Assembly: GCA_965219955.1 (NCBI GenBank)
Contig: OZ244799.1
Location: 4,064,001-4,128,000, forward strand
From: a bacterium
GTDB taxonomy: Bacteria; UBA8248
DNA: 64,000 nt
Direction of reading: 5' to 3'
Part shown: piece by piece, positions 30,030 through 39,822 of the stretch
How the letters are laid out: the number at the start of each line of letters is the position of its first letter
How positions within the stretch are numbered: position 1 is the stretch's first letter
The notes under the pieces: generated by a model
Database searches by the model: none
Told to the model about the DNA's origin: nothing
What the model saw: the letters and a program-made list of their open reading frames with translations, nothing else
Position numbers and translations under genes: made by a program

Positions 30030-30105
30030 TTGCGCCCTCATCATGACGTTCAAGACATTATCGTTTCTTGACGAGTCCTCGATCACGAAATTGGCATATT
30101 TGAGT

Positions 30106-30849
30106 TTATCTTACTTCCAGCTTTTCCAAAAAGCCGCGTATCCGCCTGGCGTTCTCGCCGATATCGCCGACGCCGACGCGGGACTTCGAGCGGATGTCGA
30201 GGCGCGTTTTTCCGCTGCTCGACGTGATCCGTATGACGATATCGTCGATGAAGCCGTACCAGAAAGTCGTGTCATAGGCCTCGATGCGTCCTTCGGTCGG
30301 TTTGGACGACACCACATGCCAGCCCATGGCGTTCGCGGCGTCCCGGGCGCGCTTGAAAACTTCTTCTTTTGAAGTCTGGAAAGTAAGTGGTTTGATATCC
30401 GGATATGCTTTTTCCTGGAGCCGCGCGATGCGCGCCCCCCCGTAGGCGGGCGGGTTCTTCGCCCCTGTCCTGAGCGGGAGAACGGCCTGAAAGACGGGCG
30501 GGTTTCGGGTGTCCGTCGTGATGTCGTGAATCTTGGGCACCCGTCTCGCGATCTGCATGTGCGCGTGTAGAAAGCCCGCAACGATGAAGCCGAGTGCGAT
30601 GCCGAGCGCGGCGGCCAGCGTCTTGCGCCTGGAGGCGTCTCGCAAGGCGAACAGGCCACCCGCCATGGAGACGGCCACGGAGAGCAGCGCGATGACGGAT
30701 GCCGCCTTGAAAATCTGGAACCCCGTGCTGAAATGCCACAGCTCCCAGCGATGGCCCAGCCCCGACGCCACGGCGGCCAGCGCGCAGACGCCCGATATGA
30801 ACAGGCCCAGATACGAGATGGATGAGAGAACGCTTGATTTATTGGCCAC
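30106..30849 (-). CDS. DUF1499-family membrane protein
   Basis: PKIHDITTD..NPP.F, GFIDDIVIRI, RSKSRVGVGDIGENARRI; N-terminal TM helices. Confidence 0.85.
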   Translation of the reverse strand: MANKSSVLSSISYLGLFISGVCALAAVASGLGHRWELWHFSTGFQIFKAASVIALLSVAVSMAGGLFALRDASRRKTLAAALGIALGFIVAGFLHAHMQIARRVPKIHDITTDTRNPPVFQAVLPLRTGAKNPPAYGGARIARLQEKAYPDIKPLTFQTSKEEVFKRARDAANAMGWHVVSSKPTEGRIEAYDTTFWYGFIDDIVIRITSSSGKTRLDIRSKSRVGVGDIGENARRIRGFLEKLEVR

Positions 30850-31441
30850 GGATCTTCTTTTTCAACCTCTCGATGGCGGCCTGCAACTCCCCGGGTCCTT
30901 CGGGATTCTGCTCCACGTGCCCGAAGGCGTAGTTGATCGTGTTGGCGAAGTTTCTGTAGACAGCGGCGGCGATGATGTCCACGACGTTCTCCTCGCTGAA
31001 GCCGGCGGCCCGCAGACTTTCGATGTCCGTTTTTTCCATCGAGTGAGGCGTGTGAGTGATCTTCTCCGCATAGGCGAGCATGGCGCGGTCCGCTTGGTCG
31101 AGGATTCCCGCTCGCGTCGGGTCGTCCAGCACCTCGGCTACTTCGGCGATGGAGGCGTCATCGCATTCGTCACGGAACAACTGCCCGTGGTTCATCGCTC
31201 AGCCGTATCACCCCCCGTGAGCCGCCACGTAAAAAGCGAGCAACTCCGCCCGCCTCGTGCCGAGGCTCGAGCCGCCATGAACCGCTCCACGGAGCGTTTC
31301 ACGCCCGGCCAGAATATCGGGCCTCCTGCCCATCTCGAGAAACATCCTGGGAATGGGTTTTCTCGCCTCCCGCAGACCTTCGACAATTTCTTTTGTCGCT
31401 CCCTCCGCGGCATCCGGAGAAATGGGTCGAATCCAGCTCAT
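30839..31441 (-). CDS. AhpD/carboxymuconolactone-decarboxylase-like peroxidase with two in-frame UGAs (U-Y-G-U); 200 aa if both are Sec
   Basis: ORFs 31208..31441 and 30839..31195 share a frame and join as ELLAFYVAAHGG-TGA-YG-TGA-AMNHG at the family CxxC..H site; C-terminal part YAEKITHTPH...DIESLRAAGFSEE..DI. Confidence 0.8.
31171..31189 (-). promoter_or_regulatory. Putative SECIS hairpin
   Basis: mRNA CACGGG-CAGUUGU-UCCGUG starting 9 nt after the second UGA and 18 nt after the first. Confidence 0.5.
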
Positions 31442-31633
31442 GTCGTCCTCCTTTGATAATCGTGGAAGAGGTTCTCAAGCACAGGAGAATTGCGCAAGAG
31501 AGACGCTCGAAATCTTTGAATGTTTCCTCGTATAGATGAAAGGGTTCCTAAAGATGGATTGCCGTTGCCTATCATGATGCTCGTGCTTCATTATCAACCT
31601 CGTAGTTTCGTTCTTGATTGATCGGGGGACGCC

Positions 31634-32278
31634 ATGAAATTCGACCTGTCGCTGATCGTCATCACCGACCGGGAGATATTGTCCCGGGCTTCCGGATGGA
31701 AGCTGAGGGACGCGGTTCGCGCAGCCGCGGCGAACGGAGCCGGCACGATCCAGCTTCGAGAGAAAAACTTGAGCGGCGTGGAAATGATTCGCCTGGCGGA
31801 TGAGTTGCGAGAGGCTCTGGAGGGAACCGGCTGCGCTTTTACGGTGAACGATCGGGTGGACGTCGCCATGGCCTGCGGCGCGGACGGGGTGCATCTGGGA
31901 CAGGAGGATTTTCCGCTTCCGAGGGCCAGGGAGATGGCGGGAGATGCGTTGTTTTATGGCGTGACGGCCGGGAAATCCGAATGGGCGTCGCGGGCCGCCG
32001 CCGAGGATGCGGATTATATCGGCGTAGGCCCTGTATATGCGACGGGGAGCAAGGCCGATGCGAGAACGCCGATCGGGCCGGAAGGATTCCGGCGGATTAT
32101 CGAACACGCCCCCGGCTTGCCCGCCGTCGCCATCGGGGGAATCGGCGTCGAGAACGTGGAGCCCGTCATCGAAGCCGGCGCCTCCGGCGTCGCCGTTATC
32201 GGCGCGGTGATGGGGGCGTCCGACCCGGGGGCAGCGACCCGGGAGTTGCGCAATCGCATCGAGAGGGCGAGAGGGTGA
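31634..32278 (+). CDS. thiE: Thiamine-phosphate synthase
   Basis: IQLREK, VNDRVDVA..GADGVHLGQED, DYIGVGPVYATGSK, AIGGI. Confidence 0.95.
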   Translation: MKFDLSLIVITDREILSRASGWKLRDAVRAAAANGAGTIQLREKNLSGVEMIRLADELREALEGTGCAFTVNDRVDVAMACGADGVHLGQEDFPLPRAREMAGDALFYGVTAGKSEWASRAAAEDADYIGVGPVYATGSKADARTPIGPEGFRRIIEHAPGLPAVAIGGIGVENVEPVIEAGASGVAVIGAVMGASDPGAATRELRNRIERARG

Positions 32279-33303
32279 ACGGCGAATCAGCGAGAGAGAT
32301 TGGCGAATTCGCCCTGATAGAGCGCCTCAGAAATAAACTCGGCTCGGTCGGAAACGACGCGGACGTCATCGTCGGCAACGGGGATGATGCGGCCGTCATC
32401 AGGGCGGGGGATGGAAAATGCTGGGTCGTGACGTGCGATGCGCAGGTGAGCGGCGTGCATTTCCCGTCCACGGGGGATGTTTCCGGTTTCGCCGCGGGCT
32501 ACAAGTCGCTGGCCGTGAACGTGAGCGATGTGGCGGCCATGGGAGGAAAGCCGCGCTTCGCGCTCATCTCGCTGGGCATACCCGAGGAGACGTCCGTTTT
32601 GTTTCTGGATGACGTGTATGGCGGGGTTCGCGCGCTCTCGGAGCAGTACGATATTTTGGTTCTGGGGGGAAACGTCACGCGGACGAGTGGTCCTTTGTTC
32701 GTCGACGTGTTCCTCGTCGGCGAGGTGATGGAGGAGAAGGTGCTTCGCCGAAGCGGCGCCCGTCCGGGGGACCGGATTCTGGTGACGGGATATTTGGGCG
32801 ATGCCGCCGCGGGACTGCATTTATTGTCCGGGTCTCAAACACGAGTCCGGGAAGACTTGTATGCCTCGCTCACGCGCGCGCAGCTGGAACCGCAGCCCCG
32901 GGTTGCGGAGGCTGTAATTATCGCGGAATCGGGGCTGGCGACCTCCATGATGGACATCAGCGATGGTCTGGCGGGTGATATCCGTCACCTGTGTGAGGCG
33001 AGCGGGGTGGGCGCGCTCCTCTGGGAATCCGAACTGCCCGTCTCCGGTACGCTGTCCGAAGTCGCGTCGCTCGCCGCGAAAAAGCCTCTCGAATGGGCGC
33101 TGCACGGCGGAGAGGACTACGAACTTCTCGTCACGACGCCCGCTGAATCCGTAAGAGCGCTTCAGGAAGTCGTCCGGCAATCGAGAGGGGCGCCGCTTAC
33201 GCCCATCGGAGAAATCCTGCCGGCCCCACAGGGGATTTCTCTCAAACGCGCAGACGGGATTTCCGCGCTGGAAAACTTCGCCTGGGAGCATTTTTCCGCC
33301 TGA
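32275..33303 (+). CDS. thiL: Thiamine-monophosphate kinase
   Basis: IGEFALI, GDDAAV, NVSDVAAMGG, MDISDGL, GGEDYELL; GTGA overlap with thiE. Confidence 0.95.
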   Translation: MNGESAREIGEFALIERLRNKLGSVGNDADVIVGNGDDAAVIRAGDGKCWVVTCDAQVSGVHFPSTGDVSGFAAGYKSLAVNVSDVAAMGGKPRFALISLGIPEETSVLFLDDVYGGVRALSEQYDILVLGGNVTRTSGPLFVDVFLVGEVMEEKVLRRSGARPGDRILVTGYLGDAAAGLHLLSGSQTRVREDLYASLTRAQLEPQPRVAEAVIIAESGLATSMMDISDGLAGDIRHLCEASGVGALLWESELPVSGTLSEVASLAAKKPLEWALHGGEDYELLVTTPAESVRALQEVVRQSRGAPLTPIGEILPAPQGISLKRADGISALENFAWEHFSA

Positions 33304-33558
33304 AAGTTTTCGTCATGACTGGGTGGCGCACCGCATGAGCCGGGCGCTCCTATTTTGAGAGCTGATCCCCTGCGAGAGCGGGACCCTGGAATTTGCCCTT
33401 CGCCTCGGCCACGTCCGGGAGAACTTGTAAAGACGTTTTTTGCTATCATCCCGATGCCGGGGAGCGCGCGTTGAATTTCATCAGGATTCCTTGACAGACT
33501 GCACCGCGCCTTTGCAAAGTTCATACTTTCGTAAAAATCTTCTTGGCTTTTACTCAGG

Positions 33559-34809
33559 ATGGGGATGATGAACGCACAGGGACCATTGAAGGGAATTCGC
33601 GTGTTGGACTTGTCCCGGATTCTCGCCGGGCCCTTCTGCACCACGATGCTCTCCGATCTGGGTGCGGAAATCATCAAGCTCGAATCTCCCGGAAACGGCG
33701 ATGAAACCCGCACCTGGGGTCCTCCGTTCGAGAAGGGAGAGAGCGCCTATTTTTTGGGCGTGAACCGCGGCAAGAAGAGTATCGTGGTCGACCTCAAAAA
33801 AAGCGAAGGCCTCGAGGTCGCCTGCGCCATTGCAAAAAAGGCGGACGTGGTTGTCGAGAATTTTCGACCGGGCGTCGTGGATCGCCTGGGCGTCGGGTAT
33901 GAGGCGCTGTCCGCCTTGAACCCTCGACTGATATACGTTTCCGTCTCCGGCTTCGGGCAGACGGGCCCGTATCGGGAGCGCTCGGGTTTTGACATCGTCG
34001 GCCAGGCGATGAGCGGCATCATGAGCGCAACGGGCGAACCGGACGGCGGACCTTGCAAGGCCGGGGTTCCGCTCAGCGACCTCACGGCGGGGATGTGGGC
34101 GGCTTACAGCGTAAGCAGCGCGTTGTTCGCCAGGGAGAAGACGGGCAGGGGGCAATACATCGATCTGTCCCTTCTCGACAGCAGCGTGTCGCTGCTCACC
34201 AACCTGAGCGGCTGCTATTTCATGGATGGCAGCATGAGCGAGCGGTGGGGTTCGGCCCATTTTCAAATCGTCCCCTATCAGGCGCTCAAGGCCAAGGATA
34301 AGGAAATCATCATCGGTGTGACGAGCGATCGGTTCTGGGGTTATTTCTGCGACATCATCGAGGCTCCTGAGTTGGCGAATGACCCGAGGTTCGTCGACAT
34401 CCCCAGCCGCGCGAAAAATCGCGAGCAGCTCATCCCCATATTGGAGCGGTATCTCTCAAGGCGAAACGGGAATGAATGGCTGAAATTACTGGAGGAAAAA
34501 GGGATTCCCTGCGGCCCGGTTTATGATGTCGGCGAAGCGCTCGAGGATGAGCAGGTTCGCCACAGAGAGATGGTGGTGGAAACGGAACATTCGCTTCTGG
34601 GTAAAATGAACACCACCGGCGTTCCTCCCAAATTCTCCGAGCATCCGGGCAAGGTGCAGGGGCCGGCCCCTTTGCACGGGGAACATACACGCGAAGTGTT
34701 GTCCGAAATTCTAGGGTGGAATGATGAAAGAATAGAAGAGTTGGTTCGAGGCAATGTGGTTTCAGATCCTAAGCCCAGATCGGAGATTGGAATTCCCCTG
34801 GAAGATTGA
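33559..34809 (+). CDS. CaiB/BaiF family III CoA-transferase
   Basis: PLKGIRVLDLSRILAGP, NRGKKS, VENFRPG, GFGQTGPY. Confidence 0.93.
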   Translation: MGMMNAQGPLKGIRVLDLSRILAGPFCTTMLSDLGAEIIKLESPGNGDETRTWGPPFEKGESAYFLGVNRGKKSIVVDLKKSEGLEVACAIAKKADVVVENFRPGVVDRLGVGYEALSALNPRLIYVSVSGFGQTGPYRERSGFDIVGQAMSGIMSATGEPDGGPCKAGVPLSDLTAGMWAAYSVSSALFAREKTGRGQYIDLSLLDSSVSLLTNLSGCYFMDGSMSERWGSAHFQIVPYQALKAKDKEIIIGVTSDRFWGYFCDIIEAPELANDPRFVDIPSRAKNREQLIPILERYLSRRNGNEWLKLLEEKGIPCGPVYDVGEALEDEQVRHREMVVETEHSLLGKMNTTGVPPKFSEHPGKVQGPAPLHGEHTREVLSEILGWNDERIEELVRGNVVSDPKPRSEIGIPLED

Positions 34810-34827
34810 GGACTCTTGATGAGCGCC

Positions 34828-35985
34828 TCATTTTGAAGACAGCCTTTCTATCAACCCCCCGAGCAGCGCGCCTCTCGGGGCGATCGAATCGAGTTCCAGG
34901 TATTCCTCGTCCGTATGCAAATTTCCACCTACGGGCCCCAGACCATCGAGAACGGCGACCCCGAGCGGGGAGAGATAATTCCCGTCGGACCCTCCGCCGC
35001 TGGGTGCGTGCATGAATTCGACGCCCGCATCCTCGGCGATTTCCGCCGCGATGGAGACGAGTCTTTTCGTTCCGGCGTTGAACTCCATGACGGGCCTCCC
35101 GCCCAGTTCCTGAAATTCCGAGTGCGTTCCTTCGATGTGGGGGCTGGAGGTAATGCGGCGCAACTCGTCCGTCATGGAATCGAAAATCGCTTGTCGTTCC
35201 GCGCGCATCTCGACGTGGCAGGAAGCCTCGTCCGCCACGATGTGCGGCCGGCGTCCGCCCGAGAGACCGGTGATGTTGACTGTCCCTCCCGCGCGCTCGA
35301 GATTCTGAATGGCCACCATTTGGTGGGCGAGCTCGTGGACGGCGCTTCTGCCTTTTTCAGGGTCGACGCCCGCGTGGGCCGAGACGCCGCTGACGCGCAA
35401 TCTTCCGAAGCAACTCCCTTTCCTCGAGGAGACGATGGAGCCGTTCGCGCGGCCGGACTCGATGATCAACGCGGCAGCGGCGTCTTTGCCGACTCGCTCT
35501 ATCACTTCCCTCGAAGAGGGGTTCCCGCGTTCTTCATCGGTGTCGTATAAGACACTGATTTTCCCGAACTCCTCGAACCCTTCTGCGAGCAGCGCCTCCA
35601 TCACGAATTGGCATGTCACAAGACACCCCTTCATGTCGGCCACCCCGGGACCATAGGCGATATCGTCTTTTATGGTGAACGGTCTTTGCGCGGCGGTTCC
35701 CTCGGAGAAAACGGTGTCGCAATGGCCGATCAGGAATATATGTGGGCCGATTTCCCTTTTGCCTTGAAACGTCGCCAGAAGGTGATCCCCCGTTTCATGC
35801 GTGCCGGGAATCATCTCTATGTCAGCTCCCATGGCGCGATATTTTTCTGCGAAATGGGAGGAGACGGTGTTCGTTCCCTTGCCGGGAAACGTCGGGGAAT
35901 CGATGCTCACCACGTGGGCGATTTGTTCGATGATTTCCTCTTGTCTGGCTTCAAGCGCATTTCTGATGGTGGCCGCGCCGATCAT
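34828..35985 (-). CDS. M20-family metallopeptidase (glutamate carboxypeptidase-like)
   Basis: GHCDTVF, GPGVADMKG, DEE, AHAG, GGGSDGN, LDGLGP.GG..H. Confidence 0.9.
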   Translation of the reverse strand: MIGAATIRNALEARQEEIIEQIAHVVSIDSPTFPGKGTNTVSSHFAEKYRAMGADIEMIPGTHETGDHLLATFQGKREIGPHIFLIGHCDTVFSEGTAAQRPFTIKDDIAYGPGVADMKGCLVTCQFVMEALLAEGFEEFGKISVLYDTDEERGNPSSREVIERVGKDAAAALIIESGRANGSIVSSRKGSCFGRLRVSGVSAHAGVDPEKGRSAVHELAHQMVAIQNLERAGGTVNITGLSGGRRPHIVADEASCHVEMRAERQAIFDSMTDELRRITSSPHIEGTHSEFQELGGRPVMEFNAGTKRLVSIAAEIAEDAGVEFMHAPSGGGSDGNYLSPLGVAVLDGLGPVGGNLHTDEEYLELDSIAPRGALLGGLIERLSSK

Positions 35986-36767
35986 TTGTGTACTCTCCCG
36001 CGATAAAATTTTCCCGCGATGGAATCTCCCGCGAGCAGGTAATCGTAAATGCCGCCGGGTACGGCCTCGAATATCGTTTGAGCTTCCTGAAGGGCTTCCC
36101 GGGAAGTACAATGGCTCAGGTAGAGTATCCGCTTTGCGCCTCCGGGAAACCGGCTCGGGTAGCTCTCCGGATGACTCGCCAATCTCGCCAGATGATGCGC
36201 TCCGATAACTTCCCCGGCCGCCAAGCCTGCGACGGCGCGAACTTTTTCCATGCGGTGGACGATTCGCTCATCCGCTCTTCGCCCGATGGCGGCGAGTCCC
36301 AGCACGAGTACGCAATGCGTCGCTCCTTCGGGAATGACCGGCTCACCCGGTCCCGGGGCCTTGATGAGCCGTTTCCTCGCGCCATCGGTTTTCACGACCA
36401 TCACGCCGTGAAAACCCGAGGCGCGCAGAGCCTCCACCTGTCTCGCCTTGAGGCCGCGAAACATGTTCTGGGGCAGTTTTTTCTCCACCCAGACGACGGC
36501 GCCGCGCCGCGACCAGTCCTGAGCGACGGATTGCAGTTCAGCGCGTCCCTCCTCGCTCAACAGCACCGGCGGCGCGTCTTCGACTCCCAGGGCGTGGAGG
36601 TTCGTCGTGCTGGTGATGATGACGGGAAACGGCTCATCGAGCATCTCCTGGATGAGCCGCTTCATGAGCGTGGCCTTGCCGCCGGCGCCCATGACGCAGA
36701 CCATATCGCCGGGGGCGATGTCCATCAGCGGGCGCAGCTTTTGCGAAGAAAATGGCTCCATGGGCAT
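35982..36767 (-). CDS. yqeC: YqeC-like selenium-dependent molybdenum hydroxylase accessory protein
   Basis: VMGAGGKAT, ITSTTN, VKTDGARKRLIKAPGPGEPVIP resemble YqeC signatures (GAGGKTT, EADG..PLKAP...EPVIP) with some deviations. Confidence 0.75.
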   Translation of the reverse strand: MPMEPFSSQKLRPLMDIAPGDMVCVMGAGGKATLMKRLIQEMLDEPFPVIITSTTNLHALGVEDAPPVLLSEEGRAELQSVAQDWSRRGAVVWVEKKLPQNMFRGLKARQVEALRASGFHGVMVVKTDGARKRLIKAPGPGEPVIPEGATHCVLVLGLAAIGRRADERIVHRMEKVRAVAGLAAGEVIGAHHLARLASHPESYPSRFPGGAKRILYLSHCTSREALQEAQTIFEAVPGGIYDYLLAGDSIAGKFYRGRVHK

Positions 36768-36769
36768 CT

Positions 36770-37918
36770 TCAAGCCGCGGCGCGGTAGATTCTCTCGATG
36801 TCCTCGAGCGTGAGTTCTTTGGGATTGCAGCTTAAAAGACGTTCCAGCTTGAAAGCGGCTTCGGCCAACTCCGGGATGGCGTGTGCGGGCACGTCCACTT
36901 CGCCGAGCCGGGTAGGCACCCCGCAGTCGCGACAAAGTTTCTCGACCGCGCCGACGGAAAGCCCGGCAGCTTCAGCCGTGGACATGCCATCCGTGGATTC
37001 GCCCAGGATCCGGGCGATGCGGGCGAATTTCTCCGGCGCCGCCGCATGGTTTTCCTTCATGACGTGGGAGAACATCAGCGAGTTGCTGACCCCGTGGGGA
37101 ATGTGGAACCGCGAGCCGAGCGGATACGCCAGGGCATGAATGGCGCCCGCCCCGGCTCCCGCGAGCGCGACGCCGCCATAGTATGAACCCAGGGTCATGT
37201 CGGTTCTTGCCTCGATGTCGCTTCCGTCGTCACATACGCGCCTCAAGGAGCGGGCGATGAGTTTCATGCCCTCCAGGCTGTACATCTCGCTCAGTGGCGT
37301 GGCGTTTCTGGCCACGTAGGTTTCCAGGCAATGCGTGAAGGCGTCCACACCGGCGGCGGAGGTTACTTTCGGCGGGGCGGAGAGCGTGAGATTCGGGTCG
37401 ACGATGGCGGCGAACGGGATGACGTGCGTGCTCACGATGGCCAGTTTCACCTGCTCTTCCGGTACCGAGAAGATGGCGTTGGGCGTGGCCTCGGCGCCCG
37501 TTCCGCTCGTGGTGGGCGCCAGGATGGTGGAAAGGCCCGGTTTCGGCACGAGTTCTATGCCCAGGTAATCCCTGGGCGCGCCGTCGTTTCCCAGCAGAAC
37601 GCCGATGGATTTCGCCATGTCCATCGAACTGCCGCCCCCGACCCCGACGACGAGGTCGAAAGAACCGTTTTTGAACTCATCGAACGCTTGCTCCAGGTCG
37701 CCGATGGCGGGTTCGGGCGGACACTCATCGTAAATCGTGACTTGCACGCCAGCCTCTTCGAGAGGAGCCAGCGCCATGTCCGCTACGCCCGCGCCCCTCA
37801 CACCCTTGTCCGTGAAGAAAAGCGCATTGCGGGCGCCCAGAAATTCCGCTTCATCCTTGATTTTCGCTATGGTTCCAAGGCCGAACCAGGTTCGTTTCGG
37901 GTGGCGTATGCTGTACAT
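36770..37918 (-). CDS. Iron-containing alcohol dehydrogenase
   Basis: GGGSSMDMAK, PTTSGTGAE, DAFTHCLE, HALAY..G...HIPHG. Confidence 0.93.
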   Translation of the reverse strand: MYSIRHPKRTWFGLGTIAKIKDEAEFLGARNALFFTDKGVRGAGVADMALAPLEEAGVQVTIYDECPPEPAIGDLEQAFDEFKNGSFDLVVGVGGGSSMDMAKSIGVLLGNDGAPRDYLGIELVPKPGLSTILAPTTSGTGAEATPNAIFSVPEEQVKLAIVSTHVIPFAAIVDPNLTLSAPPKVTSAAGVDAFTHCLETYVARNATPLSEMYSLEGMKLIARSLRRVCDDGSDIEARTDMTLGSYYGGVALAGAGAGAIHALAYPLGSRFHIPHGVSNSLMFSHVMKENHAAAPEKFARIARILGESTDGMSTAEAAGLSVGAVEKLCRDCGVPTRLGEVDVPAHAIPELAEAAFKLERLLSCNPKELTLEDIERIYRAAA

Positions 37919-38046
37919 GAGGCGAACTCCTTGCGCGTAAGCTCAATTATCGGAAAGTCATTTGTTCAGGATGCTTCCAACCCCGAGAGACGGCATTATC
38001 TCCATGCGCAGGGTCGGATGCAACGGATTCGGGGGAATTTCGTGAA

Positions 38047-39096
38047 TCAAGGCTTCCAGCGGCGGTTCATCAGAAGCCGCCATGCGTTCCGGTAGGCGAT
38101 GAGCTTTCTCGCGGGCGGGCTGATGTTTCCAAGCACGTTTTCACGGAAGAAGAGCGTCCTTCCCGCATAGGTCGCTGGATTGGCGGGAGAGGAGTCGTTC
38201 CCGGCGGTGAAATGCCCCACCCGCGCTTCGAGCAATGCTCTCCATTCGCGAGAGAAGGCTCCGCCCGGGTCGTAGAGGTGGTTTTTCCGTGGAACAGTTG
38301 CATCGGAGGCTGGGGGATCCTGGGTGAGGGTGAAGAGGAGGCCCGCGTGCCTCAGGCTCAGCGCCCGCAGGACGCCGTGCCCATAACCGGGTAACGCGCT
38401 CAAATTCAATATCCTGCCGGCTTGCGTCCAGATGATTCTCGCCTCGGGCGCCGCCCTCAACAGCCGCTCGATCAGTTCCAGGCCATCATCATCGGGCGGC
38501 ATGTCGAGAAGCAGGAAGCTGCGCGTTTGCGTCGCCAGACGGATGATTGCTCCCAAAGCCTCTCCAGCACGAGTCATTTGCGCCTTATCGGAGGAGGCGG
38601 GACGCCACGTGATCTTCCCGATCCCGAATGCGCCGCCCTCGAGTTGTCGTTTCATGCTGGATAAATAGGCCCCGCTGTCCTTCATCCAGTCATTCCGGGA
38701 GGCCGAGGTGGTGAGCGGTATCAATCGTCCGGGGTATTGCGCTACGGCTTTTTTGATGGCCTCCTCACGCGCCGAGGTGACCGCGCCCAACGCGACGCCC
38801 GCGCGGTTCATGCCCTCGATGAGCCCTGCCGCGCTCTTCCAGCGATCGAGCGAGATTTCGAGGTCGATCAGGGGATAGGGGCCGGACGCCAGATGCGTCT
38901 TGAGCGTGCGCTCATACAGCTCGACCCGCGCCTCGCGGTTTTGCATCACGTTCGATTTCAGTGCGTTAGGCGGTTTTGCGGCGTCGGAAATCCCGGCGGT
39001 GGAGAGTGGCCCGATCAGGAGCGGGAGCGAGAAGACGATGAGGCGAATCGCCCGTTTTCCCGCCCGGGCGGCTCCTCTGCGGCCCGTGAAAGCCAC
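38047..39096 (-). CDS. Hypothetical secreted protein, possibly a degenerate amidohydrolase-like TIM barrel
   Basis: Signal-like N-terminus; GAFGIGKI, IIWTQAG and IAYRNAWRL resemble the amidohydrolase_2 layout but lack the metal-binding His residues. Confidence 0.5.
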   Translation of the reverse strand: MAFTGRRGAARAGKRAIRLIVFSLPLLIGPLSTAGISDAAKPPNALKSNVMQNREARVELYERTLKTHLASGPYPLIDLEISLDRWKSAAGLIEGMNRAGVALGAVTSAREEAIKKAVAQYPGRLIPLTTSASRNDWMKDSGAYLSSMKRQLEGGAFGIGKITWRPASSDKAQMTRAGEALGAIIRLATQTRSFLLLDMPPDDDGLELIERLLRAAPEARIIWTQAGRILNLSALPGYGHGVLRALSLRHAGLLFTLTQDPPASDATVPRKNHLYDPGGAFSREWRALLEARVGHFTAGNDSSPANPATYAGRTLFFRENVLGNISPPARKLIAYRNAWRLLMNRRWKP

Positions 39097-39102
39097 TTTC
39101 GT

Positions 39103-39822
39103 CTACTCGTTCACGATGGCGACGGCGCGGATGTGGGTCCCGGTGGCGCCTTGCCAGTGAAGCGGCAGGACGCTCGCCGTGAACCCGTGGGCCGCGGGGA
39201 TGGCGTCCAGGTTGCAGAGGTTCTCGATGTGCCAGTACTCGCGTGTCTGGAAGAGGCGGTGGCACGGCCAGGGGTCTTTGCGCTCCAGCATCTCCTTGAT
39301 GGGCAAGTCGAAGCCCGGCGCGTCGATGCCCATCACGCTCACGCCCTGGTCGATGAGCCACTCCGCGCTATCGCCCACCATGCCGGGGTGGTCCGTCAGG
39401 TAGCGCGGCTCGTCGTTGTAGGCGGCCGCCCCCGTCCAGAGGAAGACGATCTCACCGCCCCGGATCGTGTAGTTCTCCTTCGCGAGAGCATCTTGTAAAT
39501 CACTGATTTCAATGGCCTCACCCGGTTTCTTGCCCCGCATGTCGAGCCTGAGACCCGGCCCGTAGCACTTGTCCAGCGGGATGTCCTCGGACCACGAATC
39601 GTTCCTGCCGCCGTGGCTTCTCGCGTCGATGTGGGTGCCGCAATGCTCGCTGAAGATGCACACACTGTGGGCGAACAACTCGGGGAAGCCCATCTTGTCG
39701 GTCCCGATGCGCGTGGCGGACTCGAAGGTCGTCTCTATCATCTGGATGACGGGCTGCGGCGTGCCCGGATAGCGCTCCATCCACATGTGGACGGGCATGG
39801 ACAGGTCGATAATTTCAGGCAT
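39103..39822 (-). CDS. Cyclase / kynurenine formamidase-family protein
   Basis: IIDLS, EHCGTHIDA, GIDAP, IENL. Confidence 0.9.
   Translation of the reverse strand: MPEIIDLSMPVHMWMERYPGTPQPVIQMIETTFESATRIGTDKMGFPELFAHSVCIFSEHCGTHIDARSHGGRNDSWSEDIPLDKCYGPGLRLDMRGKKPGEAIEISDLQDALAKENYTIRGGEIVFLWTGAAAYNDEPRYLTDHPGMVGDSAEWLIDQGVSVMGIDAPGFDLPIKEMLERKDPWPCHRLFQTREYWHIENLCNLDAIPAAHGFTASVLPLHWQGATGTHIRAVAIVNE

Noticed and set aside
33330-33420. TPP riboswitch near thiE-thiL
   Set aside because: Partial GGGCGC..GCTGA..ACCC resemblance only; CTGAGA, ACCTGA and AGCGTAGGGA are missing and it lies downstream of thiL; none seen upstream of thiE
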